Positions 1-9,833 of a DNA stretch of 38,751 nt are shown piece after piece (positions within the stretch are counted from its first letter, which is position 1; each line of letters starts with the position of its first letter). The translations under genes and the position numbers were made by a program. A model generated the notes under the pieces. The model was given only the letters and a program-made list of their open reading frames with translations, searched no databases and had not been told where the DNA came from. The stretch is from a virus (Duplodnaviria > Caudoviricetes), in the IMG/VR virus record IMGVR_UViG_3300031938_000012, positions 1 through 38,751 of that record; one strand, 5' to 3'.

Positions 1-146
1 TGGTAGGGGACCCCACGCCGGCCCAAATGTCAGTGGTGGGGGGTAAGGGGGTCAAAATCGCTGCACCCTGGGGCCCAAGGCCCCTTTGCCGGCAGTGATC
101 TATCCCCCCCCGAGGCTTTACCCGGGGACGCGCGCGCGCGTGATTA
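1..146. repeat. Terminal direct repeat, left copy (circular overlap)
   Basis: 1-146 matches 38606-38751 except for mismatches within positions 15-20. Confidence 0.95.
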
Positions 147-147
147 T

Positions 148-166
148 CGTCTAAAGGTTATTGACG
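148..166. promoter_or_regulatory. Operator-like palindrome CGTCTA-N7-TTGACG
   Basis: cgtcta aaggtta ttgacg, upstream of the small terminase; one of six similar sites. Confidence 0.6.
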
Positions 167-235
167 GTCCAGTTATACAAACGGGCCGGCGTTTCTGTAA
201 CGCCGGCGGATTACACAAACGGGGGTGGTTTTCTG

Positions 236-559
236 ATGGGGGAAATTTGGAAGACCACCGCGGACGCTATCCAAGCCGGCAAGGCCGCGGGGGTCATCGG
301 GCCGTTGGACGAGGGGGCCGTGGTGGTCCTGCTGCAAATGGCCCAACGGCTGGATGACGTGGAATTCCCGGTCATAGACGGCAAATTCGATAACGTCACC
401 CAAGGTCTTTACCTGAAATATTGCGAATCCCTGGGGCTGACACCAGCCGGGCGCAACCGTTTGGAAGAAAAAAAGGACGCGGGGGGTGGCAAACTTGCCC
501 AACTCCGCGGCATCCAAGGCGGCACCGCCGGCAAGACGGCGGGCCGGAAGCGCGCCTAG
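236..559 (+). CDS. Terminase small subunit
   Basis: Immediately upstream of TerL; LGLTPAGR motif typical of P27-like actinophage TerS; ATG at 236 preferred over TTG at 161. Confidence 0.8.
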   Translation: MGEIWKTTADAIQAGKAAGVIGPLDEGAVVVLLQMAQRLDDVEFPVIDGKFDNVTQGLYLKYCESLGLTPAGRNRLEEKKDAGGGKLAQLRGIQGGTAGKTAGRKRA

Positions 560-2141
560 CCCCCGGTTGGGCCACGAGGTCCCCCGAATCTTTACCCCGC
601 CTTTGCGGAAACTGACCCCGCGGACGTCTGCCGGCTTTAAGGCAATCGAATTTGCGGAAGACCTGCTGGGGCTGGACCTGTTCCCGTGGCAAAAGTGGTT
701 CCTTATCCACGCTTTGGAACTTATGCCGGACGGGTCTTTCCGGTTCCGGACCGTGGTTTTGCTGGTGGCCCGGCAGAACGGAAAGTCCACCCTTGCCCAA
801 GTCCTGGCCCTGTTCTTTATGTATGTCCGCGCCGCCCGGCTGGTCATCGGCACCGCCCAAAACCTGGACATTGCCGAGGAGGTTTGGGCCGGCGCGGTGG
901 AAATCGCGGAAGAATGCGAAGAACTGGCCGCGGAAATCAAAAAGGTAAACCAGACCAACGGCAAAAAATCGTTGGACCTGACCACCGGCGAACGGTACAA
1001 AGTCCAGACGGCCAGCCGGCGCGGTGGCCGTGGCCTTTCCGGGGACCTAATCCTTTTGGACGAGTTGCGCGAACATCAGTCTTGGGATGCCTGGGGCGCG
1101 ATTACCAAAACCACCATGGCCCGGGCCATGGCCATTATCCTGGCCCTGTCCAACGCCGGGGACGCGTCATCCATTGTCTTGCGGTACTTGCGGAAAATGG
1201 CCCACGCCGCCCTTGGGGACCCGGACGGAATCAACTCGGACGGCCTAACCCCGGACCTGGTGGATGCCCTGCCGGCTGAACTGGAAGACAACCCGCCGGC
1301 GGAAGATGACGCCCTCGGGATTTTCGAATGGTCCGCCCCGCCGGGGTGTTCCCTGGATGACCGGGACGGGTGGGCCGCTGCTAACCCGTCCCTTGGTTAC
1401 GCCATTACGGAACGGGCGATAGCCGCGGCGCGGAAGACTGATCCGGAATGGATTTTCCGAACCGAGGTTCTTTGCCAATGGAATGACGGGACCAATGAGG
1501 GCCCGTTCCCCCCGGGGTCTTGGGAAGCCGGCGTGGACCTGGATTCCGCGATTGCCGCCGGCGCGTCCGTGACTTATTGCATTGATACCGAACATGACCG
1601 GACCCGGTCCTATATCGCCGCTGCTGGCCGGCGGCTGGACCAGGACGTCCACGTGGAAGTGGTGGCCGCAAGGTATGGGTCCACCTGGACCGTGGATTGG
1701 TTCCGGGAACGGGCGTCCGCGGCCCGGCCCATGCGGGTGGTGGTCCAGTCCCGGGGCGCGCCGGTGTCCGGGCTGCTGGCTGACCTGCAAAAAATCGACC
1801 ACCTAACGGTGGTGGAGTGGGGCGGGCCGGACTTGGGCGGCGGCTGCGGCAAGTTCTATGACGGCGTCAAGGCCCACCAGTGGACCCCGGACGGCGCGGA
1901 AGCCGAGACGGAAGATGACCGGCCCGTCCGGATTTGGCATTTGCCCCAACCTGTTTTGGACCTTGCCGCCGGCACCGCGGTTACCAAGCCACTTGGCGAG
2001 GCGTGGGTCTGGAACCGCAAGGCGTCACCCTACGGCGCGGCCCCGCTTATGGCCGCAACCGGCGCGGCGTGGGACGTCCTGCAACCGGTGGAAGTGGTCC
2101 CGGTATCGGCCTATGAATCCGGTTCCCTAATGGTGGTTTGA
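486..2141 (+). CDS. Terminase large subunit
   Basis: LFPWQ adenine-binding motif, Walker A VARQNGKST, Walker B LILLDE, ANPSLG; start uncertain. Confidence 0.95.
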   Translation: MANLPNSAASKAAPPARRRAGSAPSPRLGHEVPRIFTPPLRKLTPRTSAGFKAIEFAEDLLGLDLFPWQKWFLIHALELMPDGSFRFRTVVLLVARQNGKSTLAQVLALFFMYVRAARLVIGTAQNLDIAEEVWAGAVEIAEECEELAAEIKKVNQTNGKKSLDLTTGERYKVQTASRRGGRGLSGDLILLDELREHQSWDAWGAITKTTMARAMAIILALSNAGDASSIVLRYLRKMAHAALGDPDGINSDGLTPDLVDALPAELEDNPPAEDDALGIFEWSAPPGCSLDDRDGWAAANPSLGYAITERAIAAARKTDPEWIFRTEVLCQWNDGTNEGPFPPGSWEAGVDLDSAIAAGASVTYCIDTEHDRTRSYIAAAGRRLDQDVHVEVVAARYGSTWTVDWFRERASAARPMRVVVQSRGAPVSGLLADLQKIDHLTVVEWGGPDLGGGCGKFYDGVKAHQWTPDGAEAETEDDRPVRIWHLPQPVLDLAAGTAVTKPLGEAWVWNRKASPYGAAPLMAATGAAWDVLQPVEVVPVSAYESGSLMVV

Positions 2142-2154
2142 AAGGACGGCCCCC

Positions 2155-2457
2155 GTGGTGGTTTTGCAAATTGTGGTGGCGGTCCTGCTGGGGCTGGCCG
2201 CGCTGCTGGCCGGCATCCGGCTAGTCATGGATTGGGCGTATTCCTGGCGGACCCTGGTTGCCCGCCGGGTGGTTATCAATCTCAAATCCGGGCGCGGCCT
2301 GGACGGCCTGTTGGTCCGCAAGGCCGGGGACCTGCTGTTCCTACGCCAAGCCACCGCATTGGAAGCCGGCGTGGCCCCGGCACCCATTGACGGCGAGGCC
2401 GTGGTCCAACGTTGTGACGTCGATTTCATCCAAACACTAGACCGGGGTGGGGTGTAG
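2155..2457 (+). CDS. Hypothetical protein with N-terminal transmembrane segment
   Basis: RBS GAAAGGA, hydrophobic N-terminus, fills the gap between TerL and portal. Confidence 0.75.
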   Translation: MVVLQIVVAVLLGLAALLAGIRLVMDWAYSWRTLVARRVVINLKSGRGLDGLLVRKAGDLLFLRQATALEAGVAPAPIDGEAVVQRCDVDFIQTLDRGGV

Positions 2458-2460
2458 GCC

Positions 2461-4389
2461 GTGGCTTTCGTTGTTTCCCAAGGGGCTTTGCAAGGTCTGT
2501 CCAAGCCCGCCGCCCTGCCGGCTTCCCAACTGAAATTGGCCGCGGACTTTACCGCGGACTATGCCGCGATTTGGAAGACCCAAGGCGCGGTCCGGACCGT
2601 GGTTGATTTCCTGGGGCGGAATATCGCGTCCCTTGGTCTGCACCAGTTCAAACGGGTTTCCGATACGGACCGCCAACGGCTGACCGATTCCGGACTAATC
2701 AACCTGCTAAACCGGCCCAACCCGGGGACCACCCGTTTTAGGCTTATGGACGCCTTGGTCCGGGACTACGGCATTTATGACCGGGCCTATTGGCTGAAAA
2801 TGAACGGCAAGGGCGGGCGTTACCTGCTGCGGCTTCCGCCGGCCAGGGTCACCCCGGTGGGGGATTCCTGGTTGTGGCCGGAAGCGTTCCAATTCGTGGG
2901 GTCCAAGGGTAAAAAGATTTTCCCGGCGGACCAGGTGGTCCACTTCCGCGGCTATTCCCCGGACGGGGACCTTGGCGGGCAACCGCCCATCGAGGCTTTG
3001 CGCCGGGTCCTGGCGGAAGAATACGAAGCCGGGCGGATGCGGGAAAACACCTTGCGGAACGGGGCCCGGGTTTCGGGCTACCTGGAACGCCCGGTGGGCG
3101 CGCCGGCCTGGTCCGATACCGCGGCGGACCGGTTCCGGAATTCGTGGACGTCCCAATATAACGGGACCGGGGCCCAAGCCGGCGGGACGCCCATATTGGA
3201 AGACGGCATGAAATTTGTTGCCGCGTCCCAAACGGCTGAACAACTGCAATATGTGGAAGCCCGGAAACTGACCCGCGAAGAGGTGGCCGCGGCCTTTTTC
3301 ATCCCGCCCACCATGGTGGGGGTCATGGATTCGGCCACGTTTTCCAACATCAAAGAACAGCACAAACACCTCTACCAAGACACCTTGGGGCCGTGGCTGT
3401 CCATGATTGCGGAAGAAATCGCCTTGCAGTTGCTCCCGGACTTTGACGATTCCGCCGGCACTTACGTGGAATTCAACCTGGCGGAAAAGCTGCGGGGTTC
3501 TTTCGAAGAACAGGCAACCCAAATCCAAGCATCCGTGGGGGGCCCGTGGATGACCCGCAACGAGGCCAGGGCCCTAAACAACTTGCCGGCGCTGGAAGAC
3601 GGGGACGAACTTATTGTGCCCCTGAACGTGGTAACCGGCGGGCAAGCATCCCCGCAAGATTCGGCACCGGATACCGGCCAGCTGGCCGGCCCGGCGCGGG
3701 CTATCAAAGCCGGCAAGCCGGCGGGGTTCAAAGCGGATTTAGAGGGCGGGCCGGCGGCGTTGGTGGCGGTCTATGAACAGTTTTTCAAACACCAACGCGA
3801 ATCCGTCCTGTCCGCTATCGGGGCCGGCGGGGATTGGTGGGACGCCGCCCGGTGGAATAAGGAACTAGCCGCGGACCTGTTCGCCGCGGCCACGGACCTT
3901 TCCGGGGCCATGGGGGCGGACCTGGCCAAGTCCCTGGGGTTTGACCCCGCGGCCTATGACCTGGACAACACCTTGGCGTTTCTTGAGGCGTTTGCCGGGG
4001 CCCGGGCGGAATGGGTGAATGACACCACCCGGGACCAGTTGGAAACCGCCCTGGCGGACGATTCGGAAGACGGCCCGGAACCGGCAACGGTCTTTGACAC
4101 GGCGGAAGCCCAACGGGCCCCCGCCGCCGGCAAGTCCACCCTTGCCGCCCTGGGGTCATTCGTTGCGGTGGAAGTGGCCCACAAACTACTTGGCGGCAAA
4201 GCCACCAAGACGTGGCGGACCAATTCGTCCAACAGCCGCAAATCCCACGCCCGCATGGACGGGGAAACCGTGGCCGTGGACGCCAAGTTCAGCAACGGCC
4301 TTAAGTGGCCGGGGGACCCCGCCAAGGGCCCGGACGAGGTGGCCGGTTGCGAATGCAACGTGGAAATAAACCCCGCAACCGATGACTAA
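2461..4389 (+). CDS. HK97-type portal protein fused to C-terminal MuF-like head morphogenesis domain
   Basis: LLNRPNP, VVHFRG, EVAAAFFIPP, WMTRNEARALNNLP portal motifs; C-terminal KTWRT..RKSH..MDGE..WPGDP..GCEC MuF-like motif. Confidence 0.9.
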   Translation: MAFVVSQGALQGLSKPAALPASQLKLAADFTADYAAIWKTQGAVRTVVDFLGRNIASLGLHQFKRVSDTDRQRLTDSGLINLLNRPNPGTTRFRLMDALVRDYGIYDRAYWLKMNGKGGRYLLRLPPARVTPVGDSWLWPEAFQFVGSKGKKIFPADQVVHFRGYSPDGDLGGQPPIEALRRVLAEEYEAGRMRENTLRNGARVSGYLERPVGAPAWSDTAADRFRNSWTSQYNGTGAQAGGTPILEDGMKFVAASQTAEQLQYVEARKLTREEVAAAFFIPPTMVGVMDSATFSNIKEQHKHLYQDTLGPWLSMIAEEIALQLLPDFDDSAGTYVEFNLAEKLRGSFEEQATQIQASVGGPWMTRNEARALNNLPALEDGDELIVPLNVVTGGQASPQDSAPDTGQLAGPARAIKAGKPAGFKADLEGGPAALVAVYEQFFKHQRESVLSAIGAGGDWWDAARWNKELAADLFAAATDLSGAMGADLAKSLGFDPAAYDLDNTLAFLEAFAGARAEWVNDTTRDQLETALADDSEDGPEPATVFDTAEAQRAPAAGKSTLAALGSFVAVEVAHKLLGGKATKTWRTNSSNSRKSHARMDGETVAVDAKFSNGLKWPGDPAKGPDEVAGCECNVEINPATDD

Positions 4390-4406
4390 AGAACGGAGGC
4401 AAAACC

Positions 4407-5183
4407 GTGAAAGTGAAAAACGCAACAGTCCAGCTAAAGGCCGGCCCGGAAGCCGGCCTGGAAGACGGGCAATTCGAGGCTTACGCTTCCGTCTTTGGAA
4501 ACATTGACAGTTACGGGGACGTGGTCCAGCCGGGCGCATTTGCCAACACCCTGGCCGATTGGGCCGGTTCGGATAATTTCCTGCCGGTCCTTTTCGGCCA
4601 CAACATGGCGGACCCGGACTATAACGTGGGCCACGTCATCGAAGCTAAGGAAGACGAACGCGGGCTCCGGGTCCGCGGTCAATTGGACTTGACGTCCCCC
4701 AAGGGGGCCCAAGTTTACAAACTCCTAAAGGGCCGGCGAATTTCCCAACTGTCCTTTGCCTATGACGTCATCCGGGCATCCTGGGGCCAGTTGGACGGCG
4801 TGGAAGTTTACGAACTGCACGAGGTCAAAATTTACGAAGTGTCCCTGGTGACAATCGGGGCTAACCAGGAAACCGAAATCCTGGCCGTCAAAACGGCCAT
4901 GGCCTCGCTTTCCGGGGGTATCAAAGAGGGCCGGGTCCTGTCCGCCAAGCATGTTGATTCGTTGCGGGCGGCGCGGGATTCCATCGACGCCGTGTTGTCT
5001 GCGGCGGAACCGGCCCCAACCGAAGATCAGGAAAAGGCCACCGGTACAGGTGAAGCCAAGGCCGAGGGCGTCCCGGGGGTCACTGACCCGCCGGACGTCA
5101 AGGCCGAGGAGCCAAGCCCCAACCCGTCCGCCCTATCCCTGGCATGGGCGGCATTGGACGCGGAAATAGCGGCCAACGCCTAA
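4407..5183 (+). CDS. Prohead (capsid maturation) protease, HK97 family
   Basis: FEAYASVFGNIDSYGD, LFGH, LSFAY, YEVSLVTIGAN motifs. Confidence 0.92.
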   Translation: MKVKNATVQLKAGPEAGLEDGQFEAYASVFGNIDSYGDVVQPGAFANTLADWAGSDNFLPVLFGHNMADPDYNVGHVIEAKEDERGLRVRGQLDLTSPKGAQVYKLLKGRRISQLSFAYDVIRASWGQLDGVEVYELHEVKIYEVSLVTIGANQETEILAVKTAMASLSGGIKEGRVLSAKHVDSLRAARDSIDAVLSAAEPAPTEDQEKATGTGEAKAEGVPGVTDPPDVKAEEPSPNPSALSLAWAALDAEIAANA

Positions 5184-5206
5184 GCAACTGAACAACCAAA
5201 CCCACT

Positions 5207-5238
5207 AACCGCCACGGCATCCCGCCGGGCGGTTTTTT
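5207..5238 (+). terminator. Hairpin plus T-tract between protease and capsid genes
   Basis: accgccacggc-atcc-cgccgggcggt followed by a T run. Confidence 0.5.
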
Positions 5239-5262
5239 CTTGCCAAAGGAAAGGGCAAAACC

Positions 5263-6564
5263 GTGGACCGCATTAAGAAACTTCAGGAATCCGCCGCCGC
5301 CGCTGCAAAGCGCGCCCGGGAAATCGCGGAAAAGGCAGACGGCGAAAACCGCCTGATGACCGCGGACGAGGAGGGCGATTACCGCAAGGCCATGGGCGAA
5401 GCCCGGGACCGTCTGGACGCCCTGAAAACCGCCAAGGCGGATGCCGCAATCATTGACGAGGCCCGTGGCCTTGCCGCTGAAATCGGGGACGCCGCCGTGG
5501 CGGACGTGGACGCCCTCAAGCAGACGGAAACCGCGCTTACCCGGGTCAAGTCCCTTGGCCTACAGGTGGTAGGGTCCGCGGAATTCAAGGCCGCAATGGC
5601 CCCGTTCGGAAACCGCGTCCCCGAAAAGGCCCGTTTCCAGACGGACCCAATCTCGGTAAAGGGCCTGTTTACCGGTGGTGACGGGACGTCCGCCGGGGTC
5701 TTTGTGACCCCGGAACAGACCGGCATCCTCGAGGCCCTGGGGCGTCGCCCCCTGACCATCCGGGACGTTATTAGCGTCCGCCGGACCGGTTCGGACACCG
5801 TGGAATATGTGGTCCAGACGGCCCACACGAACGCCGCGGCCCCCGTCCCGGAAGCCACGTCCACCGCCGCCATTGGCGACGGCACCGGCGGCACCGCCAC
5901 CGCGGTGGCCGGCGGCGTCAAGCCCGAGGGTTCCTGGGCTTTCGAACGGAAGACCGCAACCGTCAAGACCATTGCCGAATGGGTCCCGGCCACCAAGCGC
6001 GCCCTTGCGGACGCTGCACAGCTTGAGGGCCTGATTAATGACGAACTGCGGGCGGACATTGCGGAAGCCGAAGAAAACCAGATCCTTTTGGGTGACGGTT
6101 CCGGCGAAAACCTCGAGGGCATCCTTGAAACGTCCGGGATTCAGTCCCAAGCGTTTGATTCCGATATTTTCGTGACCACCCGCAAGGCGCTTACCAAGGC
6201 CCGGACGGTGGGCCGGGTGGTTCCTAACGCCATTGCCCTGCACCCGGAAGACGTGGAAATTATCGACCTTGCCCGCGAGGGTGCGAATTCGGGCCAGTTC
6301 CTTGGCGCGGGTCCGTTCGCCCTTGGTCCCCGGACCCTTTGGGGCGTCCCGGTTCTGGAATCGGAAGCAATCCCCGCCGGGCGCGGTCTGCTGGGCGATT
6401 TCACCAAGGCGGTTCTTTGGGACCGCGAAGAAACCACGGTCACCATGACCGATTCCCACGCGGATTTCTTTATCCGCAACATGGTGGCGGTTCTGGCCGA
6501 GGAGCGCGTCGCCTTTGGCGTGGTCCGTCCCACGGCCTTTGTTGACGTGGACGTCCGCGCCTAA
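5263..6564 (+). CDS. Major capsid protein, HK97 fold with N-terminal coiled-coil delta domain
   Basis: Position after the protease; GVKPEG, KTIAEWV, ILLGDGSGENLEGIL, FIRNMVAVLAEERV..RPTAF motifs. Confidence 0.95.
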   Translation: MDRIKKLQESAAAAAKRAREIAEKADGENRLMTADEEGDYRKAMGEARDRLDALKTAKADAAIIDEARGLAAEIGDAAVADVDALKQTETALTRVKSLGLQVVGSAEFKAAMAPFGNRVPEKARFQTDPISVKGLFTGGDGTSAGVFVTPEQTGILEALGRRPLTIRDVISVRRTGSDTVEYVVQTAHTNAAAPVPEATSTAAIGDGTGGTATAVAGGVKPEGSWAFERKTATVKTIAEWVPATKRALADAAQLEGLINDELRADIAEAEENQILLGDGSGENLEGILETSGIQSQAFDSDIFVTTRKALTKARTVGRVVPNAIALHPEDVEIIDLAREGANSGQFLGAGPFALGPRTLWGVPVLESEAIPAGRGLLGDFTKAVLWDREETTVTMTDSHADFFIRNMVAVLAEERVAFGVVRPTAFVDVDVRA

Positions 6565-6644
6565 GTCAACCCATGACCGGACGCGGGGCCCCTGCTGGCT
6601 GGGGCCGGGGCCCCGCGTCCACCCCAACCGAAAGGGGGCCCGCC

Positions 6645-6869
6645 ATGGGGCTCAAAAAGTACACCGTGACGGCCAACGGGAACACCACCACGTTGCGCCT
6701 ATCGGACGCGGACGCCAAGGCCCGTGGGCTGACCGCCGCGGACCTGGTGGAAGCCGGCAAGAGGCCGGCACCCAAGACCACCGCCAAGACCACCGCCGGC
6801 AGGACGCCGGCGAAACAGGCACCCGCGCCGCTGAACAAATCCCGCGCCGCCGCCACCAAAGCCGAATAG
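6645..6869 (+). CDS. Small basic hypothetical virion-associated protein
   Basis: RBS GAAAGGGG; Lys/Ala/Pro-rich; typical position after the capsid gene. Confidence 0.7.
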   Translation: MGLKKYTVTANGNTTTLRLSDADAKARGLTAADLVEAGKRPAPKTTAKTTAGRTPAKQAPAPLNKSRAAATKAE

Positions 6870-6887
6870 GAACAGGGGGGACGGGCC

Positions 6888-7478
6888 GTGACCACGCAAG
6901 TTATCGAGCCGGCGGAATCGGCTTTCCGTCTTCCGCCCCTGGTGACCCCGGCGGAATTTTCCGTCTGGACCAACGGCAAGGTGTCCGCGGAAGACCCCCG
7001 GGTCTTGCCGCTGCTGGCCGGCGCGTCCGCCGGCGTCCGCCGTTGGGCCCGGTGGCATATCGCCCCGGTCCTGGAAGAAACCCTGACCGGGGACGGCCCG
7101 GGCGGGTCCCTGCTGCTGTTGCCTACCGGGCGGCTGCTGGAGGTCCTGTCCGCAAGTAACGCGGGGGACGCGGTGGACGTCGCCCGGGTGGACTTTTCCC
7201 GCCATGGCATGGTGTCCCTCCGGGACGCCAACGCCTGGTCCAACCGGTTTGGCGCGGTGTCCGTCCGGGTCCGCCACGGCTATGACCTGGCGGACGTCCC
7301 GGACGTGGCCCAAATCGTCAAGCAGGTAACCGCCAACGCCCTGGCGTCCCCGATGGGGGCAACCAGGGAACAGGCAGGAACGGTTTCTATTGCTTGGGCC
7401 ACCACGGCCCCCGGGGTGTCCGGCGGGCTTTCGCTGCTGCAACGGGACCTTGACGTCCTGGCCACTTACAAAATCTAG
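6888..7478 (+). CDS. Head-to-tail adaptor
   Basis: Synteny; WHIAPV...HGY pattern seen in actinophage adaptors. Confidence 0.75.
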   Translation: MTTQVIEPAESAFRLPPLVTPAEFSVWTNGKVSAEDPRVLPLLAGASAGVRRWARWHIAPVLEETLTGDGPGGSLLLLPTGRLLEVLSASNAGDAVDVARVDFSRHGMVSLRDANAWSNRFGAVSVRVRHGYDLADVPDVAQIVKQVTANALASPMGATREQAGTVSIAWATTAPGVSGGLSLLQRDLDVLATYKI

Positions 7479-7486
7479 GGGTCCGG

Positions 7487-7831
7487 ATGCTTCCATCCTT
7501 TGCCAATGACACCCCGGTTATTATCCGGCCCACCTGGACCACGGACGCCCGCGGGACCCGCCGGGCGGACTACGGGGACACGGCAACCCGTAGGCCCGTC
7601 CCCGGGTCCCTGCTGCAACCTGGGGCGTCCCAAGAGGTCCTGGATAACCGGGTGGGCGCGGTGGCCGTCCGGTGGTCCTGGTTCGCCCCTGGCGGTACGG
7701 ACGTTGAGGCCACGGACGCCGTGGAATGGCAGGGCCGGCGGTACGCCGTGGACGGGGAACCGGCCCGGCACCGTTCGCCCACCGGCGCTTTGGACCACGT
7801 CTTGGTCCTGCTGATTGATTGGAAAGGCTGA
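7487..7831 (+). CDS. Head-to-tail stopper
   Basis: Synteny; LQPG...D.VEWQGRRYAVDGEP pattern. Confidence 0.75.
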   Translation: MLPSFANDTPVIIRPTWTTDARGTRRADYGDTATRRPVPGSLLQPGASQEVLDNRVGAVAVRWSWFAPGGTDVEATDAVEWQGRRYAVDGEPARHRSPTGALDHVLVLLIDWKG

Positions 7832-7834
7832 CCC

Positions 7835-8095
7835 ATGAACGTTGGCGGCAAGGTCACAAAGCTGGTTTTCAAAACTGGCGGCTTCCGCAAGATATTACGG
7901 TCCCAAGCGGCCCTGGCGGACGTCGCCCGGCGGGCCCGGTCCATGGCCACCAGCGCGGGCGAGGGGTTCGGGGTGGAAACGTCCGTGGGGTCCAACCGCG
8001 CCCGGGCCACCGTGGCCACGGAATCGTGGGACGCCGCCCGGCGGGAAGCCACGGACAAAGTCCTAACCCGGGCGATTGGGGCGGGCCGTGGTTGA
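7835..8095 (+). CDS. Neck/tail completion protein (HK97 gp10-like position)
   Basis: Synteny and size; basic protein. Confidence 0.6.
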   Translation: MNVGGKVTKLVFKTGGFRKILRSQAALADVARRARSMATSAGEGFGVETSVGSNRARATVATESWDAARREATDKVLTRAIGAGRG

Positions 8096-8531
8096 AATCG
8101 TGGAACCGGCAGACGGCGAAACCGTCCTGATTCTTTACCTACGCAACCTCTTGGGCCAGCAACCAGGGTTCGAACAGGTGGCCGTCCTGGGGGCCATGGA
8201 CGCCGCGTCCCCGGACTATGAACCGCCGGCGGAAGCGGTCACGGTACGTCTTACCGGCGGGAACCAACGGGACGTCCTGGTGGCCAATATCCAATTGACC
8301 CTGACCGCCTGGGGCGCGGGCCCGGGGGATGACGTCCGGGCATCGGACATAGCCCGGCGTTGCGCCGGCCTGGTCCTGGCCGCGGAACGCCTGGGCTACA
8401 TGGGGCAAACGGTCTGTAATGACGTCCGCGCCCTTTCCCTGCCGTACAAAGACTCGGACCCGGTCACGTCCCGGGCCCGATACTCCGCAACTTTCGCGGT
8501 GTCCATGCGCGGACAAATCGTCCGGGCATAG
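8088..8531 (+). CDS. Tail terminator
   Basis: Directly upstream of the major tail gene; DSDPVTSRARY motif. Confidence 0.7.
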   Translation: MVEIVEPADGETVLILYLRNLLGQQPGFEQVAVLGAMDAASPDYEPPAEAVTVRLTGGNQRDVLVANIQLTLTAWGAGPGDDVRASDIARRCAGLVLAAERLGYMGQTVCNDVRALSLPYKDSDPVTSRARYSATFAVSMRGQIVRA

Positions 8532-8561
8532 TTTTTCCACTGCCTGAAAGGGGCAAACCAA

Positions 8562-9395
8562 ATGTCTGTCATTGCTTCCAATGTTCTTACCGGCGCGCCG
8601 GACCAACTGACCACCGGGCCCATTCTGTCCGCGCCGCGGGGGACTACCCTCCCCACCGGCCTGGATGACGCCATAGACCCGGCGTTCGAAGATTCGGGCT
8701 ATATCTCGGAAGACGGGCTGACCCTGACCCCGGAACGTTCCACGGAACAGGTCCGCGATTGGTCCGGGTCCGTGGTCCGGGAATTGCTGACCGAATTTGC
8801 GGCCAAGCTTGCATGGGCCCACCTGGAAACCAACGAACAGTCCCTCAAAAACTACTTGGGGGATGACAACGTCACGGTGGTGGATGCCACGTCCACCGAG
8901 GGCAAGCGGATTACCGCTTTGCTGCGGTCCACGGAAATGCCGCGGAAACCGTGGATTTTCAAAATCAAAGACGGCGAGGCCCGGGTCCTTATCGTGGTCC
9001 CGGACGGCCAGGTGTCCGAAACCGGCGAGGTTGCTTTCGTCAAGTCCGGGGCCATTACCTGGCCCGTGACCATGGCAACTTACCCGGACGCCAACGGGGT
9101 GAACGTCTACATTTACCTCGATGACGGCCAGGTCTTGACCGCCGGCGTTCCCGCGGTGTCCACCGTGACCGGCCAGCCTGACCCCGCCGCAACCGGCCAG
9201 CTGGTCACCATCAAGGGTTCCCGGTTCAGCGGGGCCACCGCGGTGACCTTTGACGGGACCCCGGCCTCGGATTACGCCGTGGTGGATTCGGAAACCATCG
9301 TGGCCACCATGCCGGCGGGCTCTGCGGGCCCGGTGGACGTGGTGGTCACCAACGCCGTGGGAACGTCCACGGCGCTGGAATACACCAGGGCATAG
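8562..9395 (+). CDS. Major tail protein with C-terminal Ig-like (IPT/TIG) domain
   Basis: GYISEDGLT tail-tube motif; C-terminal VTIKGSRFSGATAVTFDG..GPVDVVVTNAVGTS IPT/TIG pattern. Confidence 0.9.
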   Translation: MSVIASNVLTGAPDQLTTGPILSAPRGTTLPTGLDDAIDPAFEDSGYISEDGLTLTPERSTEQVRDWSGSVVRELLTEFAAKLAWAHLETNEQSLKNYLGDDNVTVVDATSTEGKRITALLRSTEMPRKPWIFKIKDGEARVLIVVPDGQVSETGEVAFVKSGAITWPVTMATYPDANGVNVYIYLDDGQVLTAGVPAVSTVTGQPDPAATGQLVTIKGSRFSGATAVTFDGTPASDYAVVDSETIVATMPAGSAGPVDVVVTNAVGTSTALEYTRA

Positions 9396-9408
9396 GCCCC
9401 GCAAGACC

Positions 9409-9445
9409 GGCGACGCGGACCCCCGGGGGTGGGTCCGCGTCGCCA
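9409..9445 (+). other. GC-rich hairpin after the major tail gene
   Basis: ggcgacgcggaccc ... gggtccgcgtcgcc inverted repeat. Confidence 0.55.
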
Positions 9446-9485
9446 TTTAACCAGCCATGCCCCCAACCAGCGAAAGGCCCAACCC

Positions 9486-9833
9486 GTGGTTTTCGAAGTC
9501 CCGGCGTCCAAGGCGTCACTAAAACAGAACGTTTTCGAATTCAAGGTCCCGGGGGAACGGAAAACCCGGTCCCTGCCCCTAATGCAGTACACCCCGATTG
9601 GCTTTCGGTCCAAGCTTGAACGCCTGGCCCGGCCCATCCAAGCCGCCCAACAGGCTGGCAAAGACCCGGACACGGACGATTTGCGGGCCCTGGGGACCAT
9701 GCAACTCGAGATGTTGGAACAGTATTCCCCGGGCGTCACGGACGCTTTGGATGACCAGCAATTGGCCGCGCTGCTGAAAGCCTGGCAGGACGCAAGCAAG
9801 GTATCCGTGGGGGAATCGCCGGCCTTGCCCTGA
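9486..9833 (+). CDS. Tail assembly chaperone (short form, gpG-like)
   Basis: Between MTP and TMP; RBS GAAAGG then GTG at 9486; ends just past the slippery site. Confidence 0.85.
   Translation: MVFEVPASKASLKQNVFEFKVPGERKTRSLPLMQYTPIGFRSKLERLARPIQAAQQAGKDPDTDDLRALGTMQLEMLEQYSPGVTDALDDQQLAALLKAWQDASKVSVGESPALP
9809..9815 (+). other. Programmed -1 ribosomal frameshift site G GGG GAA
   Basis: In frame as GTG GGG GAA; the -1 frame is open from 9812 to the stop at 10204. Confidence 0.85.

Noticed and set aside
161-235. TTG start at 161 for the small terminase
   Set aside because: It overlaps an operator/promoter-like element; the ATG at 236 with a G-rich upstream sequence is more plausible.
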